Source: a virus
Taxonomy: Duplodnaviria > Caudoviricetes
Direction: 5' to 3' (one strand)
DNA: 26,884 nt
IMG/VR virus record: IMGVR_UViG_3300044268_006045
Location: 1 to 26,884 of that record
Shown here: positions 8,961 through 17,502 of the stretch, piece by piece
Layout: every line of letters starts with the position of its first letter
Numbering within the stretch: the first letter of the stretch is position 1
Made by a program: the position numbers and the translations under genes
The notes under the pieces: generated by a model
What the model was told of the DNA's origin: nothing
What the model saw: the letters and a program-made list of their open reading frames with translations, nothing else
The model's database searches: none

Positions 8961-8968
8961 TATTTATA
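8961..8968 (+). promoter_or_regulatory. Candidate late promoter TATTTA(TA)
   Basis: In the spacer just upstream of gp25. Related hexamers lie at 20322 and 25638 in other structural-region spacers. Confidence 0.35.
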
Positions 8969-8983
8969 ATTGAGTGTTTGTAA

Positions 8984-9454
8984 ATGGCAACTATAAGTTT
9001 TAAATCTGTTGGCAAAAAGGCGACTGAGAACAAGACGCCTACTGCACCTGCATCTTTGCCCATCGGAATAACTACACCCATGCAGCTAGGCGAGGGCTCG
9101 GACGGCATTTTTAGAATGCATCGGGACATTGGAAATCAATTGACAGACAATCTTAGAAATCTTATTCTAACAAATCACGGAGAAAGATTAGGCCAGCACG
9201 ATTTTGGCGCCAATCTTAAACAGCTTGTTTTTGATTATTCTTCTAATCCTGACTGGGAATCTGATGCCATGTCTAATATAAAAACTGCCGTTGCTAAATT
9301 TATGCCCTTCGTGGAATTAGAATCTTTCGAGACAAGCATAGATACTAATAACGATCCACAGTTAGCGACAGTGTCAATTACTGTTTCATTTAATGTCCCT
9401 GCGGCCGGTGTCTCCAATAAGGCAGTCAGAGTCTTCTTCGAGGCTGGAGGTTAA
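8984..9454 (+). CDS. Baseplate wedge subunit / sheath initiator, gp25 (GPW_gp25)-like
   Basis: NLRNLILTNHGERLGQHDFGANL matches the L-x-T-x-x-G-E-R-x-x-x-P-x-F-G gp25 motif, with His in place of Pro. Confidence 0.88.
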   Translation: MATISFKSVGKKATENKTPTAPASLPIGITTPMQLGEGSDGIFRMHRDIGNQLTDNLRNLILTNHGERLGQHDFGANLKQLVFDYSSNPDWESDAMSNIKTAVAKFMPFVELESFETSIDTNNDPQLATVSITVSFNVPAAGVSNKAVRVFFEAGG

Positions 9455-9457
9455 TTC

Positions 9458-11302
9458 ATGGCTCAAAATACAAAAAAAGATTTAATACAGATTAAAAACA
9501 GAAGTTTTTTAAACAAGGATTTTGAATCTTTTAGAGCAGAACTACTTGAGTTTGCGAGAACTTACTTCCCAGATAGAATACAAGACTTTTCTGACCCATC
9601 TCTTGGTGGTCTTTTTCTTGATCTTGCATCTTATGTCGGGGATGTATCTTCCTTTTACTTAGATCATCAATTTAGAGAACTAGATCCCCAAACAGCAGTC
9701 GAAACAGCAAACATTGAAAGGCTTGCTCGCGCAGCAGGAGTAAAAATATCTGGAGCTTCTCCTGCAGTTGCCGTAGTTTCATTTACTATGGAGGTTCCAG
9801 CTGAGCAAAAGGGAAGCAAATTCCAGCCTCAGGAGTCAGCGCTACCAATTCTTATTAAAGATTCGACAGTTTTAGCAAATAACGATATCGTGTTTAACGT
9901 TGTTGACAATGTTGATTTTTCAGAGAAAGATGAGGTCGGTACATTACTAGCAGACATACAAATAAGGTCGGTAGATGCTTCTGGAAATCCTGTCTCTTAC
10001 TTAGTTACCCGTGATGTGACATGCGTTTCAGGAGATAGAGTAGTTGAGACTTTTGAGATTCCAGATACTTTTGAAGCTTTTAGAACTATAACTTTATCGA
10101 ATTCAAACGTAAGCCAAATACTTGACGTAAGAGATTCTACTGCAAACATTTACTATGAAGTTGAGTCTCTTGTTCAAGACACAGTATATGTGGGTGTTAA
10201 CAATCTTAGTGATGATAACTTTGATGTTGACCAATCTCTAGAGGTTCGACCTGCTCCTTTTAGATTCGTTACGAATTCTTCTACTTTGACAGGGTTGACA
10301 ACGATGAGATTCGGTTCGGGCCGAGGCGATACTTTAGATAGAGATATAGTTCCCGACCCTTCTGAGTTAGCTCTTCCGCTATTTGGAAAGAACAATTTCA
10401 GCAGATTCTCTATTGACCCGGAAAACTTGTTAAAGACAAGAACTTTAGGTATTTCTCCAAAAGGCACAACTTTGTCTGTACAATACAGGTTCGGAGGAGG
10501 GCTTAGTCATAATGTAGGTGCTAGATCTATTTCCTCATTAGGGTCTATTGCAATGAGATTTCCAAAAACTCCCGCAGCGTTAGTCGAAAGGTCAGTCAGA
10601 ACTTCTGTGGTTGTCACGAATAAAGATACTGCAGTCGGGGGAGAAGATGCGCCTGACATTGAGCAAATTAGAGGTTTGATTAATGCATCTAGAAATCTAC
10701 AGTCAAGAATTGTAACAAAAAAGGATTTACTGGCAAGAGTCTACACAATGCCTTCAAATTTTGGAAGAGTTTTCAGAGCGTCAGTTCGAGAAAACCCAGT
10801 AAATCCTCTTTCGTCTCTGATGTTTATTATTAACAGAGACGCATCAGGGTTTCTACAAACTTCTCCTGACACCTTGAAGAAAAACTTATCAAAGTACTTA
10901 AATGACTTTAGGCTTATTGCCGATGCGATTGACATTCTTGACGCACAAATTATTAACATCGGAATAGATTTTGAAATTGCTGTGGATCCTAACTTTAACA
11001 AAGAAGCTGTTCTCAAGCAGTGCATTGAAAAACTCACAGCATATTTTAATATCGAAAACTTTCAAATCGATGAGTCTATTTTAATATCAGATATTACAAA
11101 CTTAGTCTACAACGTAACAGGCGTAACTTCAGTCACAAACATTAAGATGCGCAACATAACTGGAAATGTTGGTCAAAGAACTTATTCAAATAATTCTTAC
11201 AATGTTGTCGCAAACATTAGAAAAGGTATATTGTTTCCACCTCCTGGAGGAATATTTGAGGTAAAATTCCCTAATTTAGATATTAGAGGAACAGTAAGCT
11301 AG
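9458..11302 (+). CDS. Baseplate wedge protein, T4 gp6 / Baseplate_J-like
   Basis: NKDFESFRAEL..YFP..DFS...LDLASYVGD..SFYLD N-terminus, RFGSG, GGED..IR and RIVTKKD. Follows gp25; SD GGAGGT. Confidence 0.88.
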   Translation: MAQNTKKDLIQIKNRSFLNKDFESFRAELLEFARTYFPDRIQDFSDPSLGGLFLDLASYVGDVSSFYLDHQFRELDPQTAVETANIERLARAAGVKISGASPAVAVVSFTMEVPAEQKGSKFQPQESALPILIKDSTVLANNDIVFNVVDNVDFSEKDEVGTLLADIQIRSVDASGNPVSYLVTRDVTCVSGDRVVETFEIPDTFEAFRTITLSNSNVSQILDVRDSTANIYYEVESLVQDTVYVGVNNLSDDNFDVDQSLEVRPAPFRFVTNSSTLTGLTTMRFGSGRGDTLDRDIVPDPSELALPLFGKNNFSRFSIDPENLLKTRTLGISPKGTTLSVQYRFGGGLSHNVGARSISSLGSIAMRFPKTPAALVERSVRTSVVVTNKDTAVGGEDAPDIEQIRGLINASRNLQSRIVTKKDLLARVYTMPSNFGRVFRASVRENPVNPLSSLMFIINRDASGFLQTSPDTLKKNLSKYLNDFRLIADAIDILDAQIINIGIDFEIAVDPNFNKEAVLKQCIEKLTAYFNIENFQIDESILISDITNLVYNVTGVTSVTNIKMRNITGNVGQRTYSNNSYNVVANIRKGILFPPPGGIFEVKFPNLDIRGTVS

Positions 11303-11311
11303 GAATGAAAA

Positions 11312-12850
11312 ATGTATAGAATTCTGACAGCGTCTAAAGATTGCTACATTACAAATAAAATTATTAATAATTCCTTTAGAGTTACTGACGCTAATACAGG
11401 TCAAGCAGGTACACTCGATCTGTTTAAGCTTTACGACGAAAGCAGGATCTCAGGTGAGACGACCCCTACAGAGCTTTCAAGAATTTTAGTAAAGTTTGAT
11501 CTTAATCCTCTAAGGGCGCTAACTGGAAGCATTCTTGATATCACCAGCGATACTTTTAAGTGCCACTTAAAGCTTTTTGATGTTGCTGGAGGTCAAACTT
11601 TACCTTCTAATTTTAAAACTATAGTTTTTCCTCTTTCTAAATCTTTTGACGAAGGAGTCGGAAGAGATGTTACAAGATTCCAAGATATAGATGCAGCAAA
11701 TTTCATAACTGCTTCAATTTCCGGTGATTCTGCAGTCGGCTGGACAGCCCAAGGAGCAAACCAGCAAGGCTTATTGAACTCAGATGACTTAGACATAATC
11801 GGATCAGGTAACTTAAATGACGGAGAGGGAGTTTCTTTCTTATACGGGGAACAAACTTTTTCTGACGGAACAGAAGATTTAAATATTGATGTTACGAGAG
11901 TGATATCTGGTACTTTAGCAGGACAAATACCTGACTACGGATTTAGAATATCTTTTTCTGGTTCTCAAGAAACAGATCAAAAAACTAGATTCGTTAAAAG
12001 ATTTGCATCAAGAGATAGCTTAAATACAAGAATAAGACCTAGACTTGAAATCAAATTTAGAGATGATATCCAAGACCACCATGAGTCATTTTTCTTCAAT
12101 ACGTCAGGCTCTATTTTTCTAAATCATTTTTCTAGAGGTGCTGCTGCGAACCTAGTTTCAGGATCTAGTTTAATCGGTGTGTCAGGTTCTGACTGCATGA
12201 GCGTAATGATTAAAACAGGATCGTTTGAGAAAGAGCTTTCAGCATCCCAGCACTCTTATGGTGCTTCTCTGTTTGCATCAGGAGTATACTCAGCAAGTTT
12301 TGCTCTCAATTCTTTTGATACAACAGTTATTACAGGATCAACAACTGTAGCTGACTTCGTAAGAGATAGTGGGTCAATTAGCTTTGATGTTTTCTGGAGA
12401 ACAAATGATAAAAGCTATACGTTTCACACAGGAAGCCTCAAGATAAACAGGCCAGACACTTCTGGTTTTAGCAATACACCAAAAAGATTAATAGTTAGCA
12501 TCCAAAATGCTAGAAGTGCTTACAAGAAAGGTGAAAAGGTAAGAATTAGATTTGTTGCATTTGATGACGATGAAGTTGTACCTTCCTCCAAAGTTCCTTT
12601 TGTAAGAACTAGCTTGATTTTTACTCAATGCTACTACAGAATTAGAGATGAGTATTCAAATGACGTCATAATACCATTTGATACAACAGACAATGCAACT
12701 CTCCTTTCAACAGATTCAGGCGGAATGTATTTTGATTTATTTACCGACGACTTTTCAACAGGAAGAGTTTACTCAATTGATATCTTGATAAAGGATTTAG
12801 GATCAGATCAGGTTTACAAGAGAGTAGGTGGAACGTTTAGGATTGAATAA
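11312..12850 (+). CDS. Virion structural protein with DNRLRE/CBM96-like N-terminal beta-sandwich
   Basis: ASKDCYI, SRILVKFDL, LSKSFDEG, NIDVT, YGFRI and FASRD...RPRLEI pattern. Confidence 0.55.
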   Translation: MYRILTASKDCYITNKIINNSFRVTDANTGQAGTLDLFKLYDESRISGETTPTELSRILVKFDLNPLRALTGSILDITSDTFKCHLKLFDVAGGQTLPSNFKTIVFPLSKSFDEGVGRDVTRFQDIDAANFITASISGDSAVGWTAQGANQQGLLNSDDLDIIGSGNLNDGEGVSFLYGEQTFSDGTEDLNIDVTRVISGTLAGQIPDYGFRISFSGSQETDQKTRFVKRFASRDSLNTRIRPRLEIKFRDDIQDHHESFFFNTSGSIFLNHFSRGAAANLVSGSSLIGVSGSDCMSVMIKTGSFEKELSASQHSYGASLFASGVYSASFALNSFDTTVITGSTTVADFVRDSGSISFDVFWRTNDKSYTFHTGSLKINRPDTSGFSNTPKRLIVSIQNARSAYKKGEKVRIRFVAFDDDEVVPSSKVPFVRTSLIFTQCYYRIRDEYSNDVIIPFDTTDNATLLSTDSGGMYFDLFTDDFSTGRVYSIDILIKDLGSDQVYKRVGGTFRIE

Positions 12851-15800
12851 TGACTAACAAGTCTAGGCTTCAAAATTTACGTCCAGGTGTGTTCTCCTCA
12901 GCACTTAGAAGGCAAAATGTCGATGGCTCCAAAAGCTTAATCAACAAAACAAATGAAGACCTCGAAAAATCCTCTATCGCAACTTCAAATTATTTTCTGT
13001 ATGACAGCCCAGAAACAGGAATTAAAAACACACAGCAGCTTCCCTTAGATTTTTCAAAGTTTGAGAATCACACCTTCTTCAATTCAGCTCAAGCAAATGT
13101 CAATGTCGCTTTTGACAATATTGTTAATAAGTTTCCATTTGACGGAACTCGACTAGAGTATGAAAATTATCTTAACGGCTTAACAGGTTTTGAAAACTAT
13201 GTTTTGTCTCAGTTTCCGAAGAATATGGGTTTTTTGCTTTTCTCAGGCTCTGCAGGTACGACTACCACCGAAGGAACGTACATCAAGGTTATGGATTTTA
13301 AAGGTAGTCAATTTACTGATTTCTCAAAAGACAAGTCAGGAAAATCTGTCTTAAACCCAGAGAAAAAGAGTTTCTCTCTTGAGTGTGTTTTAAATTTAAC
13401 TCCGGAACAAAACGGCAACCAGGTAATATTTCAAAAAATGTCTGGGTCTAACCTAGGCTTTACGCTTGCAGTTTCACAGTCAGCCTCTACTTCTCAAGCT
13501 GATTTAATTTTTGGTCTTTCTTCTGGTAGCGTCAAGTTGTTCACTAGCGCATCGGTGACTAAAGATGCTTTCAATCATGTTGTTGCATCATATGACCGAA
13601 GCTCCGGAGAGAATAATTTAAAGCTGTATGTAAATCAAAGCTTAGTTGCTTCATCCTCAAATCAAGCTTCTTTTAAAGTAATTCCTTTTGATTCTTCGCC
13701 CTTCCTTATAGGTTCAGGTTCCACTCATCAATTAATTGGCATGAGCGGTGAAACAAACTTTGTCCCATCTGAGACTTACACTGGGTCTTTAGACGAAGTC
13801 AGATTCTTTCATAGCTTAAGATCGCTCGGGGATCAGAAAAAATTTGCAAATAGAAATGTTTTTCCATCATCTGACTTGAAGTTATATTTTAAATTTAATG
13901 AACCTTCAGGTACTTTTGGAAATAATGCGCTTGTATTAGATAGCAGCGGTAACTCATTGCATTCTTTGGTTTCAAATTATGTCTCTTACATGAGAGAGAC
14001 AGGAAGTTTAGGCGTAGCACTCACGCAAGAAAACCCTGAATTGAATCCTGTTCTTTTTCCAAAGTATGGAGGGGTTCAAAACTTAAATATTGATTTGCTT
14101 GTCACAGCAAGTATTTATGATGATCAAAATCCAAACTTAATTACAAAACTTGTTCCTCCACACTACTTTGATGAAGGGTTTAGTTTATTTGGGTTTAAGA
14201 ACTTTAATCAGCCGCTTAATCAGCATTACTCAGGAAGCAATCTTCCGGGCTCAGGTGACTTAGGTTCTTCTCAAATACTTTCTGCAATTCTCTATGTTTG
14301 GGCAAAACACTTTGATGAGATAAAAGCTGTAACTGATCACATGTCACAGGTCACTCACGTCGGATATGATGATGAGGAAAGCGCCGCAGATCAATTTCTT
14401 CCCTTTGTTTCAAGATATTTTGGCTTTGAAATGCCTCCTATTTTTACAAACGGAAACCCAGAACAGTTTTATCACAATCAAGATCTAAATGTTGATTTCT
14501 CTAATAATAAAATGTCGCTAATGAAAATTAGAAACAGTATTTTAAGAAGAATTCTATCAAATGTCGGAGAGACAATTAGATCCAAGGGTACTGTGCATAG
14601 TGTTAAAACTGTTCTAAGGTCTTTTGGCCTAGATCCTGACTTATATGTTAGAATAAAAGAGTTTGGCGGTCCAAAGGCGTTTTCTTTATCTGATTTAAGA
14701 TATGATAGAGCAGTTGTTACTTCTGAGTTGAACTTTTCAGGAACGCTCTCGGCGGCAGGCTCTACAGATGCACAAGGTGTTTACGATAACAGACCTTTCT
14801 TACGAGGTGGATATCTTACTGGTTCTAGAATTGAAGTAGGGTCACCTGAGCCTGCTGGGACATTTGTACTAAAAGGTAGCACTCATGAGAGTCAAGGATA
14901 TGGGCTTCACGGTATATCAAACGACGCAAATGATGGTCTTTTCACTTCAGGATCTTGGACTTACGAAGCCATTTACAAATTTCCAAGAAGATTTACACAT
15001 AATTTAAGCTCTTCAATAGCATACCCGCTAAGTCAAAGTCTTGCAAGACTACATGTTACAGGTTCAGGCGTTATCGCTCCTTACGAAGGAGTTGTCGCAA
15101 ACATGCTTCTCATGTCAGGATCAGGTGATAATAATGACGGTGTAGTCACTTTGTGGGTAAGAAACAACACGTCAGGTCCGTCTATCGCTACTTTGCCAAG
15201 CCTTAAGCTTACAATACCTTTTGTCTCAGTAAGCAATGGTGAAATATGGAACTTTTCTTTTGGTAGAGAAAGAGCTGAAGCGCCTGTAGTTTCTTCTTCG
15301 TACTTCTTAAGATGCGCTCGACAGACAAATGGTAGAATAGATCAAATTTTTACAACTTCCTCATTTTATATGGAAGATCCTGATGCAGACTTTTCAAACA
15401 ACGTTTTCCAAAATAAGAGCACAAACTTCAACTCGTCAGGATCATTTGTTGTAATTGGATCTCAAAATATCGGCGGACACAAAGACTTCTTTTTAAACAA
15501 TACAAACGAAGATGAGCAAGCAAGAGTTACAGATTTTGCAGGAAATGTTTCAAATATTAAATTTTGGTCAAAAGCACTAACTGTAGATGAGTGGAAAGAA
15601 CATGTTAGAAACCCTGACTCCTTAGGGGTTCAAAATCCCGACACAAACTTCAGTTTTGTAACCCAAAAAACAGGGTCATTTGAAAGATTAAGGATGAATT
15701 TTTCACTCGACCAGCCAGTGACTGCTTCAAACACCTCAGGCCAGCTTGAAATAATAGATTTTTCTCAAAATCAAATTACAGGACAGCTCTCATCTTTTGC

Positions 15801-16530
15801 ACCTAATGCAGATGTCTTTCACAATGAAAAAAGATTTACTAGTACGGTCTCACCTAATTTTGATGAAAATTTAAACAGCGTAAAAGTAAGACCTAGAAGC
15901 TTCGAAAACCAAGAAAATAGAGATGAGTTTAGTGCGGCAGCAGCACCAATGTTTGAAATCCCTCGGGATGAAGAACCTCAAGACGACCCTAGGTTTTCTC
16001 TAGAGTTTTCAATTGCTGATGCACTTAACGAAGACATTTCAAAGCTTTTTGCAAATCTAGATGTTATTGATGATGCGATTGGAAGCCCTAACCTAGAGTT
16101 TGAAGAAGATTATCCTGACCTTGAAACATTAAGAGATATCTACTTCAATAGGCTTACTGAAAAAATTAACTTTAAGCAATTTTTTGAATTCTACAAGTGG
16201 TTTGACACATCAATTGGTGTGCTAATCGACCAGCTTATGCCAAAAAAGGCAAATTTCTTAGGCGTTAACTTCGTCATCGAGCCTCATGCTTTAGAGAGGG
16301 CCAAGCTTAGGCGGCACACAGGAAACTACTATACAACTGATCATTACACACCTGGAGACGTTTCATTCAGTGCAAATCGAGGAGCAGGATCAAATCAAAA
16401 TAGAGATGATTTTCCAGATGGAAATTCTCCTGACAACCCTAACCAACCAAACCCAAATTCATTCGACACACAGATTTGTGACGCTTATGATGGTGGGTAT
16501 GGTGGCACTGGTGCGACCTGGTCGAGGTAA
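12850..16530 (+). CDS. Large baseplate wedge protein (gp7/P2 gpI-like) with two LamG/concanavalin-like domains
   Basis: LamG hallmarks FNHVVASY..LKLYVN..FLIGS..GSLDEVRF and FAGNVSNIKFWSKAL. gpI-like RRILSN..SKGTVHSVKTVL, and VIEPHALER near the C-terminus. Confidence 0.65.
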   Translation: MTNKSRLQNLRPGVFSSALRRQNVDGSKSLINKTNEDLEKSSIATSNYFLYDSPETGIKNTQQLPLDFSKFENHTFFNSAQANVNVAFDNIVNKFPFDGTRLEYENYLNGLTGFENYVLSQFPKNMGFLLFSGSAGTTTTEGTYIKVMDFKGSQFTDFSKDKSGKSVLNPEKKSFSLECVLNLTPEQNGNQVIFQKMSGSNLGFTLAVSQSASTSQADLIFGLSSGSVKLFTSASVTKDAFNHVVASYDRSSGENNLKLYVNQSLVASSSNQASFKVIPFDSSPFLIGSGSTHQLIGMSGETNFVPSETYTGSLDEVRFFHSLRSLGDQKKFANRNVFPSSDLKLYFKFNEPSGTFGNNALVLDSSGNSLHSLVSNYVSYMRETGSLGVALTQENPELNPVLFPKYGGVQNLNIDLLVTASIYDDQNPNLITKLVPPHYFDEGFSLFGFKNFNQPLNQHYSGSNLPGSGDLGSSQILSAILYVWAKHFDEIKAVTDHMSQVTHVGYDDEESAADQFLPFVSRYFGFEMPPIFTNGNPEQFYHNQDLNVDFSNNKMSLMKIRNSILRRILSNVGETIRSKGTVHSVKTVLRSFGLDPDLYVRIKEFGGPKAFSLSDLRYDRAVVTSELNFSGTLSAAGSTDAQGVYDNRPFLRGGYLTGSRIEVGSPEPAGTFVLKGSTHESQGYGLHGISNDANDGLFTSGSWTYEAIYKFPRRFTHNLSSSIAYPLSQSLARLHVTGSGVIAPYEGVVANMLLMSGSGDNNDGVVTLWVRNNTSGPSIATLPSLKLTIPFVSVSNGEIWNFSFGRERAEAPVVSSSYFLRCARQTNGRIDQIFTTSSFYMEDPDADFSNNVFQNKSTNFNSSGSFVVIGSQNIGGHKDFFLNNTNEDEQARVTDFAGNVSNIKFWSKALTVDEWKEHVRNPDSLGVQNPDTNFSFVTQKTGSFERLRMNFSLDQPVTASNTSGQLEIIDFSQNQITGQLSSFAPNADVFHNEKRFTSTVSPNFDENLNSVKVRPRSFENQENRDEFSAAAAPMFEIPRDEEPQDDPRFSLEFSIADALNEDISKLFANLDVIDDAIGSPNLEFEEDYPDLETLRDIYFNRLTEKINFKQFFEFYKWFDTSIGVLIDQLMPKKANFLGVNFVIEPHALERAKLRRHTGNYYTTDHYTPGDVSFSANRGAGSNQNRDDFPDGNSPDNPNQPNPNSFDTQICDAYDGGYGGTGATWSR

Positions 16531-16536
16531 TTTTTC

Positions 16537-17502
16537 ATGTCATTTAATCCAAAAGTAACCTATAAATACGAAGTAGCTTTTCAAGATAATCAAAGTGTGT
16601 CAAAAATTGACAATCAGGCAAAGAAAGCAACTCCGCCAAGCCTGGACAAGAAAAGAGAGAAACCTGACAGCAAGTACGATCCACATTCTCCTGACTATGA
16701 TAGAGATATTGCAAAAACTAAGACAAAAGCTAACTGCGTTGGAAAGTTTACACAAGGAGTTAGTGCGAAAAACAAAACACCATCAGGAAATCGTGTGCTT
16801 CCACTTGTAGGAACAGGTTTAAATGACAATGCTGTTGAAACTTTAAATTTTGGCCAAGCTAAGGAATTTAAATCAAACGAGTCTTTTGAAGACATTGCTT
16901 CAATAACTAAGTCTGAAATAAAATCTGATAAAACTGTTGATTCTGCTGTTATTGACTTTGTAGAAGCAGGAAACAAGCAAACTTACGCTCTAAACTTGGT
17001 AAACAAAGCGCACGATGATCCTGAGCAGTTTGATGGAGTAATTGAAGTGTTTACGATTAGAGATGTGTTATCTCACACATCCACTGAGACACCTTTAATC
17101 GCAAAATCAGTTAAGGGCGCTCTATCTAACGGAAACATTGACTCTTTTGGAAAGACGTCTATGATCGAAAGTTTAGTCCCACTTTCAGGTTCATCTGGGA
17201 CCTCTCTTTTTCTCGATGGCTCAGAAAGAATGGGCTCAATACTCATGCCGACAGCTGTTTGGGAAAAAGACAAAAATGTTTTACCTTTTGATTCTTCGCA
17301 AAATGAAAGAAACAATTCAAACAAGCAGTCGCTTTTGTTAAGTGCATCTTCTGATATGATAACTGCAATAAATGCGCTAACACCTCAGACTGAACAGTAT
17401 CCTCCAGCAGGTTTTAAGTCTTCTCGAACAGGCTTTATATTTACTAATGGTGCGTTTGGTGTCGATTCAATCGCATTTGGAAGCTTAAAAAACGATGCCT
17501 AA
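16537..17502 (+). CDS. Hypothetical virion protein
   Basis: 321-aa ORF in the structural operon, overlapping the next gene. No recognised motif. Confidence 0.55.
   Translation: MSFNPKVTYKYEVAFQDNQSVSKIDNQAKKATPPSLDKKREKPDSKYDPHSPDYDRDIAKTKTKANCVGKFTQGVSAKNKTPSGNRVLPLVGTGLNDNAVETLNFGQAKEFKSNESFEDIASITKSEIKSDKTVDSAVIDFVEAGNKQTYALNLVNKAHDDPEQFDGVIEVFTIRDVLSHTSTETPLIAKSVKGALSNGNIDSFGKTSMIESLVPLSGSSGTSLFLDGSERMGSILMPTAVWEKDKNVLPFDSSQNERNNSNKQSLLLSASSDMITAINALTPQTEQYPPAGFKSSRTGFIFTNGAFGVDSIAFGSLKNDA

Noticed and set aside
6832-16530. Bacterial T6SS, eCIS or tailocin locus
   Set aside because: The T4-type gp6 N-terminus, very large fibre genes, phage-type sigma and Cas4-like genes and lack of host housekeeping or membrane-complex genes fit a large phage better. 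This is not proven without capsid or terminase genes.
16561-16568. Perfect T4 late promoter TATAAATA
   Set aside because: Lies inside the coding start of the 321-aa gene (TYKY) with no nearby downstream start, so it is likely chance in AT-rich DNA.
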